DNA of 64,000 nucleotides from Candidatus Latescibacterota bacterium (GCA_965242865.1 CBDETK010000013.1:1312001-1376000), one strand, 5' to 3'; counted from the first letter of the stretch, positions 38,501-48,318 are shown. Program-made: numbers and translations. Notes: generated by a model from the letters alone, not told the origin.

Positions 38501-38738
38501 CAAAGAAAGTCTATCGAAAAGTCATCAAGCGCGGATGGAGCTTCTGGCGGAACAACTCGCCCAAGCCAGCGACGAGAAGTTGCAACGAATGCGGAGATCG
38601 CAAATCGCGGCGGCTGAGGCCGACTACACTCGGCGTCTCCAAGACTTAGGTACTGCGACGAAGCGAGCGGATATCATCGCCGAGCCGGTGGCGTATGGCG
38701 TAATCGAACTGCAAGGAAAAGGGCAACATGCCGAGTAA
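35583..38738 (+). CDS. SNF2-family helicase (RapA/DrmD-like) with an antitoxin-like N-terminal peptide
   Basis: ADGVGVGKT, VDEAHH, TATP, EGLDYQ, EQRIGRIDR; C-terminal coiled coil; begins MKQEYDFSKAVSGKFFR. Confidence 0.9.
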   Translation: MKQEYDFSKAVSGKFFREGAEQQLPVCSDRSSQAEFAQGQIVCLASDPSIQGAIVEVLPGTPEDRIKVFVDGSIRTYYASQLRADAQSDGVSFLSPDPFHAYLTALQIRHPSLSTLYSLNAARVDFIPYQFRPVLKFIRSDRPRLLIADGVGVGKTIEAGLILRELQARREIQSVLIVCPRPLVTERKWEKEMRRFDQQFTHLDGRTLRYCISEMDLEGAWPEQHQKAIMPYSLFNEVLLYGPAGNRGKGLLDLDPPPRFDLVIVDEAHHIRNQHTYAHKAVRFFCDHAEAAVFLTATPIQLGDHDLFVLLNALRPDFVLDEESFHHIAAPNPFINEAVHHVRTQVSGWTARAVQALDQAAATPWGQTMLRANPEFNRIKNQLAEDRIGTNDRVRLITALETLHTFSGIINRTRRRDIGSFTIRKPETVHVPFTAPQQQLHDALLRVQADIFSRLHSDINVKFMMTTIRRQAASCLYGLAPFLEHILQRHLDELEWEEADDIGPGPADKAIDLIQKQIQTILEKARSLDPRDPKLEALRKIIRDKQRLPNNKVMLFSSFRHTLSYLYEHLRADGVRVGMVHGGTPDEERVALRSRFEQPREVGDTLDVLLFSEIGCEGLDYQFCDCIVNYDLPWNPMRVEQRIGRIDRNGQQSEAVAIVNLITPGTVDADIYERCLVRIGVFKNALGGGEEILGEISKAIKNIAENYALSEAERRIKLQQLADNKIRLVQEQERLEQQQMELFGIRLPEDQLKEEIEEASSFWLSPTSLQRLVAIYLNDTCGEEREFILGEKALKTLRLSQEARTALLRDFQQLPRRTTPDYRAWEKWLKGGEPHFSITFEAVCATHHPNAAFITPVHPLVKQAARSLETGQRIFTALKIQSGAAPAGRYEFAVYQWRFHGIREDWVLKPIASSAAVTPHLGRLLENAVDASAADPVDSDSPVWDALDAQHHTLWSQAKEEHRQRTRELAEYRKESLSKSHQARMELLAEQLAQASDEKLQRMRRSQIAAAEADYTRRLQDLGTATKRADIIAEPVAYGVIELQGKGQHAE

Positions 38739-41225
38739 CTACCAAGCCATAACGTGGATGTAGCCTTTGGTATGGACGAGAAAGGAGCAATTGTGCCAGT
38801 GCCAGCAGAAGAAGATTTTCTTTACGTTCTCTTTGCGACAAAACAGGAGACCCATCTCAGATTTATACTGAATAGCCCATATCGAACAAACCCAGCGCGG
38901 GAGACCATCTCGGAAGATGATTCTTTCAACAGACACCTTATAAAGGAGACCTGTGATTTGGTGGAGGATATGCTACCGCAAATCCGAAAAATGAGACTTC
39001 TTACGACCAAATCTTTGGCCGTCTTTCCAAACAGAGATGATATACGGGGGGATTTTTATGAACCAATCCTGAATAGGCTAGTCGATCTATTCAATAATGA
39101 AAAACTGACGCCGATGAAACGCGGAGGCCATGCCGCTGCATCAGGAATCTACCAAGGAAGCAGGCAGTTGTCCGAATTGATCAACGACAAAGATTTGGCA
39201 ACGATTCTTGGAAAGGATACATCTCTACCTCTATGGGTTGCCAATGCTCCGCAACGAAACTCAGATGCGGATAATTTTCTGAATTTGCTCAGAATTTCCA
39301 AGTGGGACGAAGAAGATCTTATAAGAGAACTATCCGAGCAACCTGATTTGATAAAGACATGGCTGAAGAACAAATCGGACGAATGGCATCAGAGATTTTA
39401 TGCCTTGCTCGGCGATTCCCTATCTAGTACCCCTCGATCATATACATATACAGATTATTTAGATAAATATCGCAAGGATGCGCTATCAGCTCTTCCTATC
39501 GTCCGACTCAGTGATCGCACCTATAGAAAAGGAGAGGACTGCTACTTCCCAAACGACGATGTAGAACACGATAAAAAATTTCCTCGTGTCGCCAAAGGCG
39601 TCTATTCATCTGGAAAAAACAAGAACCAGCAGGAAAACGCTCGCAAATTCCTTGAAGAGATTGGTGTTAGTGAAGTTGAAGAAAGCGACCGAGTTAAGGC
39701 GATTTTGGATCAGCGGTACGTAAAGGGTACAATTAATCTCCGAAAGCAACATCACGAGGAAGACTTAAAAAGGTTTATTAAACTTATTGAGGAGGATCCA
39801 AGTCAAGCAAATTTATTTAAGGATTACTTTATCTTTGAACTAGACAACGAGACCTGGGGAAGGCCATGTGCCCATGTTTTCGTGGATCGCCCTTATCTCG
39901 ATACTGGATTGAGTATCTACTATGAAGCACTTGACAAAAATTCAAATCGGAAACGAGCACTTCACCCGAAGTATAAAAAGTATGGCTTAAAAAAGATCGG
40001 AGAATTCGCCAAAATGGTAGGTGCTCAGATAGAATTGGAGGTTACAGAGCAAAAAATTCCATGTAGTCATCCCGAATACGATCATCTGATGGCTGCCCCA
40101 GGAGAGCGATTTACTTATATGATCAATATGGATCATACAATTCTCGAATTTAAGGTTCTACTCGATGAACCCAATCTCGATAAGGCACGACTGATTTGGC
40201 GAACGATGAATTCACTAGATGACGAGTATTTGAGAGCAAAGTATCGGAAAAACATAAGTGGAGGATTTCGTCACGGCTCCTCTAGCCTTATACATAATTT
40301 AAGGAAGGCAGAATGGGTTCCTCAGAAGAATGGAGGGCCCCTCCGTTTTGTGCGCCCTTGTGACGCATCAAGTGACTGTCTTCCAGAAGGTTTTTCGTAC
40401 GAGTCTTGGCGAGAATGGGTCAGGAAGGTTGAATTTGGAGAAAGTGCCAAAAAACAGAGCGAAAAATACAAGAAGCGCAAAGAGCTCTTATCATCAATCG
40501 GCATGCCGATAGAACTGTTTAATAAATTCGATGAACTCTCCTCGGAATCAAAAAAAGAAATGAGCAAAAAATGGTTGACAGATATAGAGACACGTAAGCG
40601 TGATCAATCTACTCAGCAGGGAAAGCTCCCCTTCCATAAGGCCCTATCCGAGGCTTTTGTAGCATCTGGCAAAGATGCCGTTGACAATGGCACGGGCTAT
40701 GGAGGTTCCGTTCAAAATCCTTCACGTCGTCGAGATAAAACTTCAGAAAGCATCACCGATTCCATAGAGAACGAAGGTAAGCAGGAAACACGCTCGTATT
40801 TTGCCACAGTTAAAAAATGGAAGAGTAAAAACGACCAAGTTAGGGTAAATCTTACCGAATGGTACGGAGGACGATGTCAGATTTGCGACAAGACCTTCAC
40901 TCAAAACAACGGCGAGCCATACTTTGAAGGGCTATACCTTGTGTCCCACACGACCGCCGGATGGATTGACCGAGTTGGCAATGTTCTCTGTCTCTGTCCT
41001 TGGCATAGTGCGATGTTCCTGTTTGGCCCGAAAGAAGTTGACGAAGATATCATTCAGCAAATTTTACAGTTGAAAGTTCAGGACGAAGGAGGCGATGGTC
41101 CGCTCGCAATCAAGTTGCGATTATGCGGCGAGAACGTCGAAATAAAATTTGAAGAGAGCCACCTTATTGATCTACAAGAAATGATCAAGAAATCTCAGGA
41201 GTTAGAACGTCCTTCGGTCGATTGA
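38728..41225 (+). pseudogene. Sacsin/Nov-like protein with a C-terminal HNH-like domain; N-terminal ATPase apparently deleted
   Basis: An overlapping ATG gives MPSNYQAITWM*. Another frame (38754-41225) begins with YVLFATKQETHLRFILNSPYRTNPARETI and ends CQICDKTF...VGNVLCLCPWH. Low GC. Confidence 0.6.
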
Positions 41226-41261
41226 ACGAGCAGTTTGGTATCGCAGAATACCTTGTCGCCC

Positions 41262-42413
41262 CTATTTTGCACCGGCGATAAAATCGAGGTAATTCCCCGG
41301 ATGGACGACCTCAAACGAACTATCGGGGTACGCTTGACGCCAGCCGCGGGGAACCCGAGCGGTGGCTTGGGGCGACCACTTCATTTCGGCGGCGAGCAGA
41401 CTCCCGCCCCACTCCTCGATCAAGTCGATCTCCTGCTGGTCGTAGGTGCGCCAGAAGTGGCTCTCGGCCAAACGCCCGGTGTATAGGTTGTACTTCAGCC
41501 GCTCGACCAAGACATAGTTCTCCCACAAGGCCCCCACATCGTCGCGCAACGACAAGACATTGAAGTTGTTGATCAGCCCATTCCTAATGCCATTGTCGTA
41601 AAAATAGTACCGCCGACTCTTGGTAATTTCCTTGCGGAGATTGCGGCTGAAGCCGCGGCGGCTATAGAGGATATAGGCTTTTTCGAGCAGGTCGAGGTAG
41701 CGCTCCACCGTGTTTTTGTTCATGCCCAGCTGGGTTCCCAATTCCGCCACGGAAACCTCGCGGCCAATCTGAAAGGCAAGCAACTGGAGCAAGCGGAGCA
41801 GCTTGTCGGCGTGGCGAATGCCTTCCAACTGTAGAATGTCTTTGAACAGATAGGACGCGATCAGTTCCTTTATGTAAAGCTGACGGTCTTCATCCGACTC
41901 CATGAGGACGACTTCGGGATACGACCCGTAAACCAACCGCAGTTCGAGCTGGGCCTTAGTCTGGTGCGCGGTTTCGACCTCCTGCAGTTCGAGCTGGGCC
42001 AAGGGCAACAGCAGCAGGGTGTATTTGCGGCCAGTCAAAGGCTCGCCCGTCTGCTGCGCGAGCTCAAAGGAAGACGACCCCGTGGCGATAATGCGCAGCC
42101 CTTCGACGTGATCGGCCAATAGCTTCAGATTCAGGCCGATTTGCCGCACGTACTGGGCTTCGTCGATAATCAATGTGCGCCGCTGGCCGATAAAGGCGCG
42201 CAATTTGACGAGGGATTGACTTTCCAAATAGTCGCGTACCGTTATATCTTCCCCGGGCACCACGAGGATGTCGCGGTCGCACTGTTGGACGTACTGCTGG
42301 ATCAAGGTGGTCTTGCCCACTTGCCTAGGACCATGCACCACGACGACTTTACCCGGGCGAGCCAAGCGCGTGAGGCGCGTGAGTTGCGCTTGGGGAATGT
42401 AAATATCGGACAT
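41262..42413 (-). CDS. AAA_14 ATPase with DUF4143 domain
   Basis: GPRQVGKTT, IIDEAQ, TGSS, LTGRK, YGSYPE, DNG, LWEN, QEIDL...EMKW. Confidence 0.92.
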   Translation of the reverse strand: MSDIYIPQAQLTRLTRLARPGKVVVVHGPRQVGKTTLIQQYVQQCDRDILVVPGEDITVRDYLESQSLVKLRAFIGQRRTLIIDEAQYVRQIGLNLKLLADHVEGLRIIATGSSSFELAQQTGEPLTGRKYTLLLLPLAQLELQEVETAHQTKAQLELRLVYGSYPEVVLMESDEDRQLYIKELIASYLFKDILQLEGIRHADKLLRLLQLLAFQIGREVSVAELGTQLGMNKNTVERYLDLLEKAYILYSRRGFSRNLRKEITKSRRYYFYDNGIRNGLINNFNVLSLRDDVGALWENYVLVERLKYNLYTGRLAESHFWRTYDQQEIDLIEEWGGSLLAAEMKWSPQATARVPRGWRQAYPDSSFEVVHPGNYLDFIAGAK

Positions 42414-42416
42414 AGT

Positions 42417-42446
42417 ACTGACTAAATTAACGTTAATTCAGTCAGT
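42417..42446. promoter_or_regulatory. 30-bp near-perfect palindrome, putative operator
   Basis: actgactaaattaacgttaattcagtcagt (one mismatched pair), 3 nt from the ATPase start codon. Confidence 0.65.
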
Positions 42447-42478
42447 TACCAAATCTACAAGTGCGGAGTACGCAGCCG

Positions 42479-43234
42479 ATGGAACTAAAAATAACCGCCC
42501 AGCACCGCCAACAGTACGAGCGCGATGGCTATGCGATCGTCCGCGGCGGCTTTACCGCGGACGAGTGCGACCGCTTTGTCGCGTACATGATGGACCTCCA
42601 CGCCGGTCGCTTGAGCGTCGAGGGCTATCCCCCGCGCCAGCCGGACGATTGGAGCCGCCTCATCAGCCGCAGCCTGCACCATCCGGCCGGGCTCGCTTGG
42701 ATGCTCAGTCCGCGGCTGCGCCAGCCCTTGCGCACCTTCCTCGGCGCCGAGCCCGATGGCGTCCAGAGCATGTACTTTTACAAAGGCTCCGAGCAACGCC
42801 GGCACCAAGACGCCTTTTTCCTGCCGGGCTGCATAGCGGCTTGGGTCGCTCTCCAGCCAGTCAGTGCCCGCAACGGCAGCATTCACATTCAGGTGGGCTC
42901 CCACAAGGGGCCTCTCATAGAAAAGCGTCATTTCCGCCGCGCTGAAACCGGCGCGTTCGGCCCTTGGTATGGCTGGGATCAGGACGAGGCTTTTGACGCC
43001 CTTTTCGCGCGCAACGGGTTGCCGGAAATCGCCATTGAAGCGGCCAAAGGCGACATCGTGTTCTTCAACGGCCGCTTAATCCACCGCGGCGGCCCCATAC
43101 TAGACGGAGGGGCTTTCCGCCACAGTTGGGCCGGCCACTACATTCCCCGCTCCTACAATCCCTGGCCCTACGAAAGCCATCCCCGATTGCGCGTCTCCTT
43201 TGACGGCGTGTGCCGCTTTACGCCCACGCACTGA
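42479..43234 (+). CDS. PhyH family dioxygenase
   Basis: YERDGY, HQDAF, GSH, HRGG. Confidence 0.88.
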   Translation: MELKITAQHRQQYERDGYAIVRGGFTADECDRFVAYMMDLHAGRLSVEGYPPRQPDDWSRLISRSLHHPAGLAWMLSPRLRQPLRTFLGAEPDGVQSMYFYKGSEQRRHQDAFFLPGCIAAWVALQPVSARNGSIHIQVGSHKGPLIEKRHFRRAETGAFGPWYGWDQDEAFDALFARNGLPEIAIEAAKGDIVFFNGRLIHRGGPILDGGAFRHSWAGHYIPRSYNPWPYESHPRLRVSFDGVCRFTPTH

Positions 43235-43262
43235 GACCGCGGTTTGAGAGAGGAGGTTGACC

Positions 43263-44633
43263 ATGAAGCTATGGATGGATGTAATGCGCGATCTCGAAAG
43301 CGTGATGAACGATCACGAGCGCATCCTCGATGCTTGGGCCGAAGGCGGCGTCGACGGGGTCGTGTTCGGTCCCCTCGTTTTCGGCACGGCAAAACTGTCG
43401 CAACATGCCGTGGCCACTCCGAGCGGTGCCATCGTCGCGGAGGCGTACGATCCAAACCCGGCGGTGTACGCACGCCTCGGGGTTGAGCCGCCGCCCCCGC
43501 CGCAACAGAAGCTGCCCGAAAAAAGGGCCTTGCTAGCAAAGACCATGCACGCCGCCAAGGAGCGCGGCATGCAGGTTTACTGCATGTACGCCGATGGGGG
43601 CGCCGGTCCAGGCGGGACGGGCCACCACCTGCACGACGACGAGACGCTGGCGTCGCGGGTGGCGCGCATGGTCGACGCGCTAGAGCACTTCCCGATGGCG
43701 GACGGGGCCGTACTGGACGGGCCGGAGTGGGGGTACGAAATCGCCCCCCATCACATGAATCACCGCTCCTACTTCTTCCACGACCTGCCAGAATCTGTGG
43801 CGCCGATGGCCGAAGCGCTAGGGTACGACTACGAGGCCATGGTGGCCGCGAAAGACCGGCTCGCGTCCCGGTTGCACAACCTCGACCCGGCGCACATCCG
43901 CGCACACGCCGGCGGCGGCCTCGTCGGCTCCTACCGCATGCTCGGCGCCGATCCCGACTTGATGGCTTGGCTGTCGTTTCGGGTCGACTCCCTGACTCGC
44001 TACTTTCGCCGCATCCGCGCCGGCGTGGCCGCGGAGTTGGCGCGTCCGGTGCGCCTCGGCTGCGGCCCGCGCTCGGCCGCCTTCGCTCCCTTGTGTGGGT
44101 ACGACTTCGTCGATCTAGCCCAGTTCATGGATTTTCTGCTGCCAAAGCACTACTTCTTTCACCGCGGCTTCGATGGCTTCCTCGGCACGGTCTATCGCTA
44201 TGCGCAGACGCTCTTGGAGTGGAATGCGGGGATCAGCGTGGCCGACACCCTGCACGTCGTGGAAGCGCTCTTCGGCATCGTCCTACCGGGCGTGGGCGAC
44301 GACCTGCTCGATTTCGAGGGGGCCCTCAATCCTGAGTTTTTCGAGCAGGTGGTAACACAGGAGACGCGACGAGCGCTGGCCTCGGTCGACGACCCGGAGC
44401 GCATCGTGCCTTGGCTCGACACCGGCCGCTTTCCCCACGACGGCGACCCCATGTCGGCCCGCGACCTCAAGATGTTGCTCGACGCCGCAGAGGCCGCAGG
44501 GCTGAGGCGCTTTAACTACCACCATCAAGGGAACCTCAGCCCCGGGGAATGGACGGTCATCAGCGACAAATGCGGAACCCGCTGGGACCCGCGCAAGAGC
44601 GACTACGAGCCGCCGGACGAACTGGTGTTGTAG
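43263..44633 (+). CDS. Hypothetical protein (possible TIM-barrel hydrolase-like)
   Basis: 456 aa ORF with GGAGG RBS, DGPEWGYE motif; function not recognised. Confidence 0.7.
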   Translation: MKLWMDVMRDLESVMNDHERILDAWAEGGVDGVVFGPLVFGTAKLSQHAVATPSGAIVAEAYDPNPAVYARLGVEPPPPPQQKLPEKRALLAKTMHAAKERGMQVYCMYADGGAGPGGTGHHLHDDETLASRVARMVDALEHFPMADGAVLDGPEWGYEIAPHHMNHRSYFFHDLPESVAPMAEALGYDYEAMVAAKDRLASRLHNLDPAHIRAHAGGGLVGSYRMLGADPDLMAWLSFRVDSLTRYFRRIRAGVAAELARPVRLGCGPRSAAFAPLCGYDFVDLAQFMDFLLPKHYFFHRGFDGFLGTVYRYAQTLLEWNAGISVADTLHVVEALFGIVLPGVGDDLLDFEGALNPEFFEQVVTQETRRALASVDDPERIVPWLDTGRFPHDGDPMSARDLKMLLDAAEAAGLRRFNYHHQGNLSPGEWTVISDKCGTRWDPRKSDYEPPDELVL

Positions 44634-44647
44634 AACAGGGCCGCTCC

Positions 44648-44752
44648 ACGACAGTACCGGCCCGCTTTCCCGGGATCGAGGGCATCTTGCCCTCGATCCC
44701 AGAGGCAGCGACAACCGCAGAAAAGGCGGACGTAACGCAGGGCCGCTCTACT
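44648..44752 (+). repeat. Family 2 REP/MITE-like element between convergent genes
   Basis: gggatcgagggcatcttgccctcgatccc hairpin; flanks homologous to 29950-30075. Confidence 0.8.
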
Positions 44753-44762
44753 CCTCCCGAGA

Positions 44763-46712
44763 TCACAAGTAGCCCAAGACATTCCCCGTCATCCCTGTGA
44801 AGTAGTCGATTACCAGCCACATACCTGCTACCACTACTTGGCCTAGGATCAACCCTAAAAAGAAAGGCCGCGTCCGGCGGTAGGCCGCGGAGCCGCCGTA
44901 CTTGAGCACGATCGTCTTGACCAGCCAAGCCAAAAAGATGCTAAACCACACCCAGTTCATGATGTAGAACGTGCCGGTGGCGAATCCCAAAGGATGGATC
45001 GGCCACCACACAAAGCGGTAGCGAATATAGGTGAACAGACTCATCAAGAAGGCCCCCAGCCCCGTGAAGGCCCAGCCCGCTAGGCTGGCCGGTACGGGGC
45101 TGTCGAACTTGGGGGCCACATAGGTGAAAGCCATCTGCGGAACGAAGATGAAGAAGAAATTGTGCAGGTTGATGCCGCCGTGAGCATACGCCATTTCCAT
45201 AACCAGATAGATGGAACTGGCCAAGGTGAGGACAATGGCCAGCAATACAGCCCAGAGCAGCCCCCTTTTGCTGCCTTTTATCTCTTCGGCCAATTTGAGG
45301 GCATTGGCGAAGCAAGCCATGAAGAAAATGCGCACATTGGCACTCCATACGTACGTGAAGGCCACGCCGATCAAGCCGGAGGCCCCCAAGGCGGTCGTCC
45401 CCAGGCCGGAAATGGTGAAATCAGCCGGAGTAATGGGCGTCCGCAGCACCGAAACCCCTCCTTCGACCACGGCCCGGGTAAGCGCGATGAGGACGACAGC
45501 TACCCCGAAGAGAAACACCAAGACGATCCACAGCGGGATGCCCGACTTCCACAGCCACCCGATCATCACCGCTAGGCCTATCACCAAGCCCAATACGGCC
45601 CGGCGGTAGGACAGTATCTCCGCGGAATCGTCGATGCGAGCATCCCCGCGCAACGCCTTGGTGAAGACCGCGCGCAAATGCCCGCGCCCCAGCCACAGCC
45701 CGGCGAGCACCAGCACGATCATGGCCCCCATGGCTTGGTGGGCCATATGCGGCCCGACTAGGTTGGCAAAACGGCTCAGGTTTTCCGCACTGTAGATGCC
45801 CAGCACATTGAAAACTCCCCGTTGTAGAGAGGATAGCAAAAAGAAAAACCAGAACCCCAAGGCAACATCCCGGCTCAATAAGTACGCAAAGCCGATCAGC
45901 GCTAGGTTCATATCTAGGCGAAGATACGTAGTGCCGCGAAAGAGGTGGAAGTCGGTCGAGGTGGTGATGCGGGGCACGAATTCGTAGTAGCTATGCAGGG
46001 CATTGACATGGCCGATGAGGAAGGGGATGATAAACCCCAGCCACATCGCCGTATTATAAAAAAAGGGGGCTAGAAGCCTTGGTCTCCCATCGTCCTGAAT
46101 CATCTCTAGGGGAACTTGGGCCAAGGGATAAAGCAGTTTTTCGCTTTCCATCCACTGGCGGCGCACGATGACCATGGCGCAGATGGATACCCAGTAAAAG
46201 GCGAGGATGAACAGGCACCAGTAGGCCAAGGGCTCAAACCAAGCCCCCCAAGGCAGCGGCCGCCCCTCGGGTAGCCCTTCGTAGAAATAGCGAATGGCGT
46301 CGGGATCCCGGGGGACCATCCACTCGGGCACATGCGGGTGAATCAAGGATGCCCAGTTGTTTTCCGGGGTGGCAAAGTAGTACAGCCCCGTGATGATGGG
46401 CAGGACGTATTCGGTAAAGCCGATTGTGGGGATGGACGTAGCCACCATCGCCATGATATAGACCACGGCCAATTCCCCGCGGGACAGGGCCAAGCCCCGG
46501 TGAAACAGGTGCAACAGCGGATTGAGGACGAGGACGAGGACGAAGAAGATGAACAGGGCGACCGGCGTGCTGAAGTTGTGTGCCAGTACCGTCCCCTTGA
46601 TGACCATATTGGAATAGGGTACAGCAATGCCGATGAAGACCGAGGCTCCGCCGCCGATTAGCAGGGCTTTGAAGGTGACGCCGCGGCCCGAGTTTTTCGC
46701 CTCAGTTGCCAT
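44763..46712 (-). CDS. DUF6785/DUF6784-type polytopic membrane protein (putative transporter)
   Basis: Many TM segments; RRQWMESEKLLYPLAQVP, WWPIHPLGF, LKYGGSAAYRRTRPFFLGLILG. Confidence 0.75.
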   Translation of the reverse strand: MATEAKNSGRGVTFKALLIGGGASVFIGIAVPYSNMVIKGTVLAHNFSTPVALFIFFVLVLVLNPLLHLFHRGLALSRGELAVVYIMAMVATSIPTIGFTEYVLPIITGLYYFATPENNWASLIHPHVPEWMVPRDPDAIRYFYEGLPEGRPLPWGAWFEPLAYWCLFILAFYWVSICAMVIVRRQWMESEKLLYPLAQVPLEMIQDDGRPRLLAPFFYNTAMWLGFIIPFLIGHVNALHSYYEFVPRITTSTDFHLFRGTTYLRLDMNLALIGFAYLLSRDVALGFWFFFLLSSLQRGVFNVLGIYSAENLSRFANLVGPHMAHQAMGAMIVLVLAGLWLGRGHLRAVFTKALRGDARIDDSAEILSYRRAVLGLVIGLAVMIGWLWKSGIPLWIVLVFLFGVAVVLIALTRAVVEGGVSVLRTPITPADFTISGLGTTALGASGLIGVAFTYVWSANVRIFFMACFANALKLAEEIKGSKRGLLWAVLLAIVLTLASSIYLVMEMAYAHGGINLHNFFFIFVPQMAFTYVAPKFDSPVPASLAGWAFTGLGAFLMSLFTYIRYRFVWWPIHPLGFATGTFYIMNWVWFSIFLAWLVKTIVLKYGGSAAYRRTRPFFLGLILGQVVVAGMWLVIDYFTGMTGNVLGYL

Positions 46713-46819
46713 GTACCAGTCCGTTCCGGTTCCGGTTCCGGCCATCGGCACTGGGCTGGGCTGGTCGCCGGCGAGAGCAAGCAGCCAAAAACCGCCTCAG
46801 CGCCCGATCGGCCGCCTAG

Positions 46820-48202
46820 TTAGTCGGCGTAGTAATAGCCGTAGAGAATCATCATTTCATCGGCGCGCGTGAACCCGAAGTTGAGATTCCGCTCGGTGTC
46901 GTTGTCGTAGGTCGCCCTGATCCTAAAGCCTTCGCCTGCTTTGAGCGCGAGCGGCGGATCGAATCTGAGCGGGGCCGGGTGTTCCCATTCGTAGCAGATG
47001 TAAACCAATTCCCCGTCCCGAGGCCCACCGATGAGTTCGGCGGTGAATTCCTCCATGCGGTCGTGGGTGTGGGAAACGAGTTGGAAGATGTGCCGGTCCT
47101 CCTTAAAAATGAACTCTTTTGCTAGGGAAGTGACTTGGCCAGCGGGCAGGTCGATATCGAAGTTGCTCAGCGCGAAGACCTCGGCTACTCGTTTCACTTT
47201 CGCGGGCTCAACGAGATGCAGGTTGACGAACACTTCGCCTATCACGACCTGATCGGTGGTGTTGGCATAGTGGGAGTTCATATCGAGGCCCGTTCCAGCG
47301 GGCAGGCGCATGGCCACGCCGGGCGGCAAGCTGAAGTCGAGGCGCGGCGATTGGGCAATTGCGATGGGGATCTGGTACTGCATGACCCGCCAGTCGAACA
47401 AATCGTACCCGTCAGCGTCTTGGTACTTGCCGGTCGCGTCGCGCAGGTCGCGATAGACCTCCGGCTGGGGCACCACATCGGCCGGTGTGTAAGCGGGAAA
47501 CTGGTTGAGAATGAAGTGGTGGCTCCCCGACCGCATGGACAGTTCAAAGCGGTTGACAAAGAGATCTTCAGCGTGGTCCAGGGGCTGGTAAAAATAGACC
47601 TCGCGCTCGTACTGGGGTGCGACCTCAAAGGGGCCTAAGTGGAGTTGGATGCCGCCGCTCGGCGGATGGAGCGGCGCGAACTCCGGTACTGCATAGCGCG
47701 TTTCGTCCTGCAGCAGGGCCCAGTCGGCTACCACTCCTTCTTCGGGAGCTCCAGCGCGGATCCACTGGCGTATGAACTCCAGTTGGCCGTTGGTCAGCGG
47801 CGGACGCCCCAGCGGCATCTGCGCGCCGTAGTTGGGATGATCCGCGTAGAAGTGCTCTTGGTCGGGCGCGTTGATTTTTTCCCAAAGGTAGCTCTTGAAA
47901 AGACCCGCAAGTCCCCCATTGCTCAGCAAGACCAAGCCGTCTTGGGCGGCCGCAGCATTGCGCGGTACACTGTTGAGCAATTGGCTATACGCCAAATCTG
48001 GCGTCAGCACCAAGCCGGACTGGCGGGCAAAGGCGGTGCCGGCGCTGTGGCAGCTAACGCAGTTGGAGGCGAAGATGTCGTGCTGAATAGCATCCCAAGT
48101 CGATAATTCTCGGGGCTCTACCGACCGGCCGGAATCGCACCCGCTCAGCAGCCAACCCGCCGCGCCGAGCAAGGCACTTGGTACAAAGCCAATTCGCCGC
48201 AT
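46820..48202 (-). CDS. Lipoprotein: c-type heme domain plus PHM-like copper type II monooxygenase
   Basis: LLSGC lipobox; CVSCH; SHHF, NSHY, SHTH, DEMM. Confidence 0.7.
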   Translation of the reverse strand: MRRIGFVPSALLGAAGWLLSGCDSGRSVEPRELSTWDAIQHDIFASNCVSCHSAGTAFARQSGLVLTPDLAYSQLLNSVPRNAAAAQDGLVLLSNGGLAGLFKSYLWEKINAPDQEHFYADHPNYGAQMPLGRPPLTNGQLEFIRQWIRAGAPEEGVVADWALLQDETRYAVPEFAPLHPPSGGIQLHLGPFEVAPQYEREVYFYQPLDHAEDLFVNRFELSMRSGSHHFILNQFPAYTPADVVPQPEVYRDLRDATGKYQDADGYDLFDWRVMQYQIPIAIAQSPRLDFSLPPGVAMRLPAGTGLDMNSHYANTTDQVVIGEVFVNLHLVEPAKVKRVAEVFALSNFDIDLPAGQVTSLAKEFIFKEDRHIFQLVSHTHDRMEEFTAELIGGPRDGELVYICYEWEHPAPLRFDPPLALKAGEGFRIRATYDNDTERNLNFGFTRADEMMILYGYYYAD

Positions 48203-48318
48203 ATTTATCCTCCACAATCGCCAACTTACGTCTGTTCACCTACTATATTTCTGATACCACCATTTTGGGAGATTGTCAAGTTTTCTAACATCGAGTGCTC
48301 TGAGTGTTCTGCAATGTT

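Noticed and set aside
44636-44751. cagggccgctc(c/t)ac as a target-site duplication
   Set aside because: The second copy aligns with the element's own conserved end, so a true duplication cannot be distinguished from coincidence.
46520-46745. Short tandem repeats (gaggac)x3 and (ttccgg)x3 as phase-variation tracts
   Set aside because: Only three hexamer units each; the first encodes LVLVL in a TM helix, and neither would shift frame.
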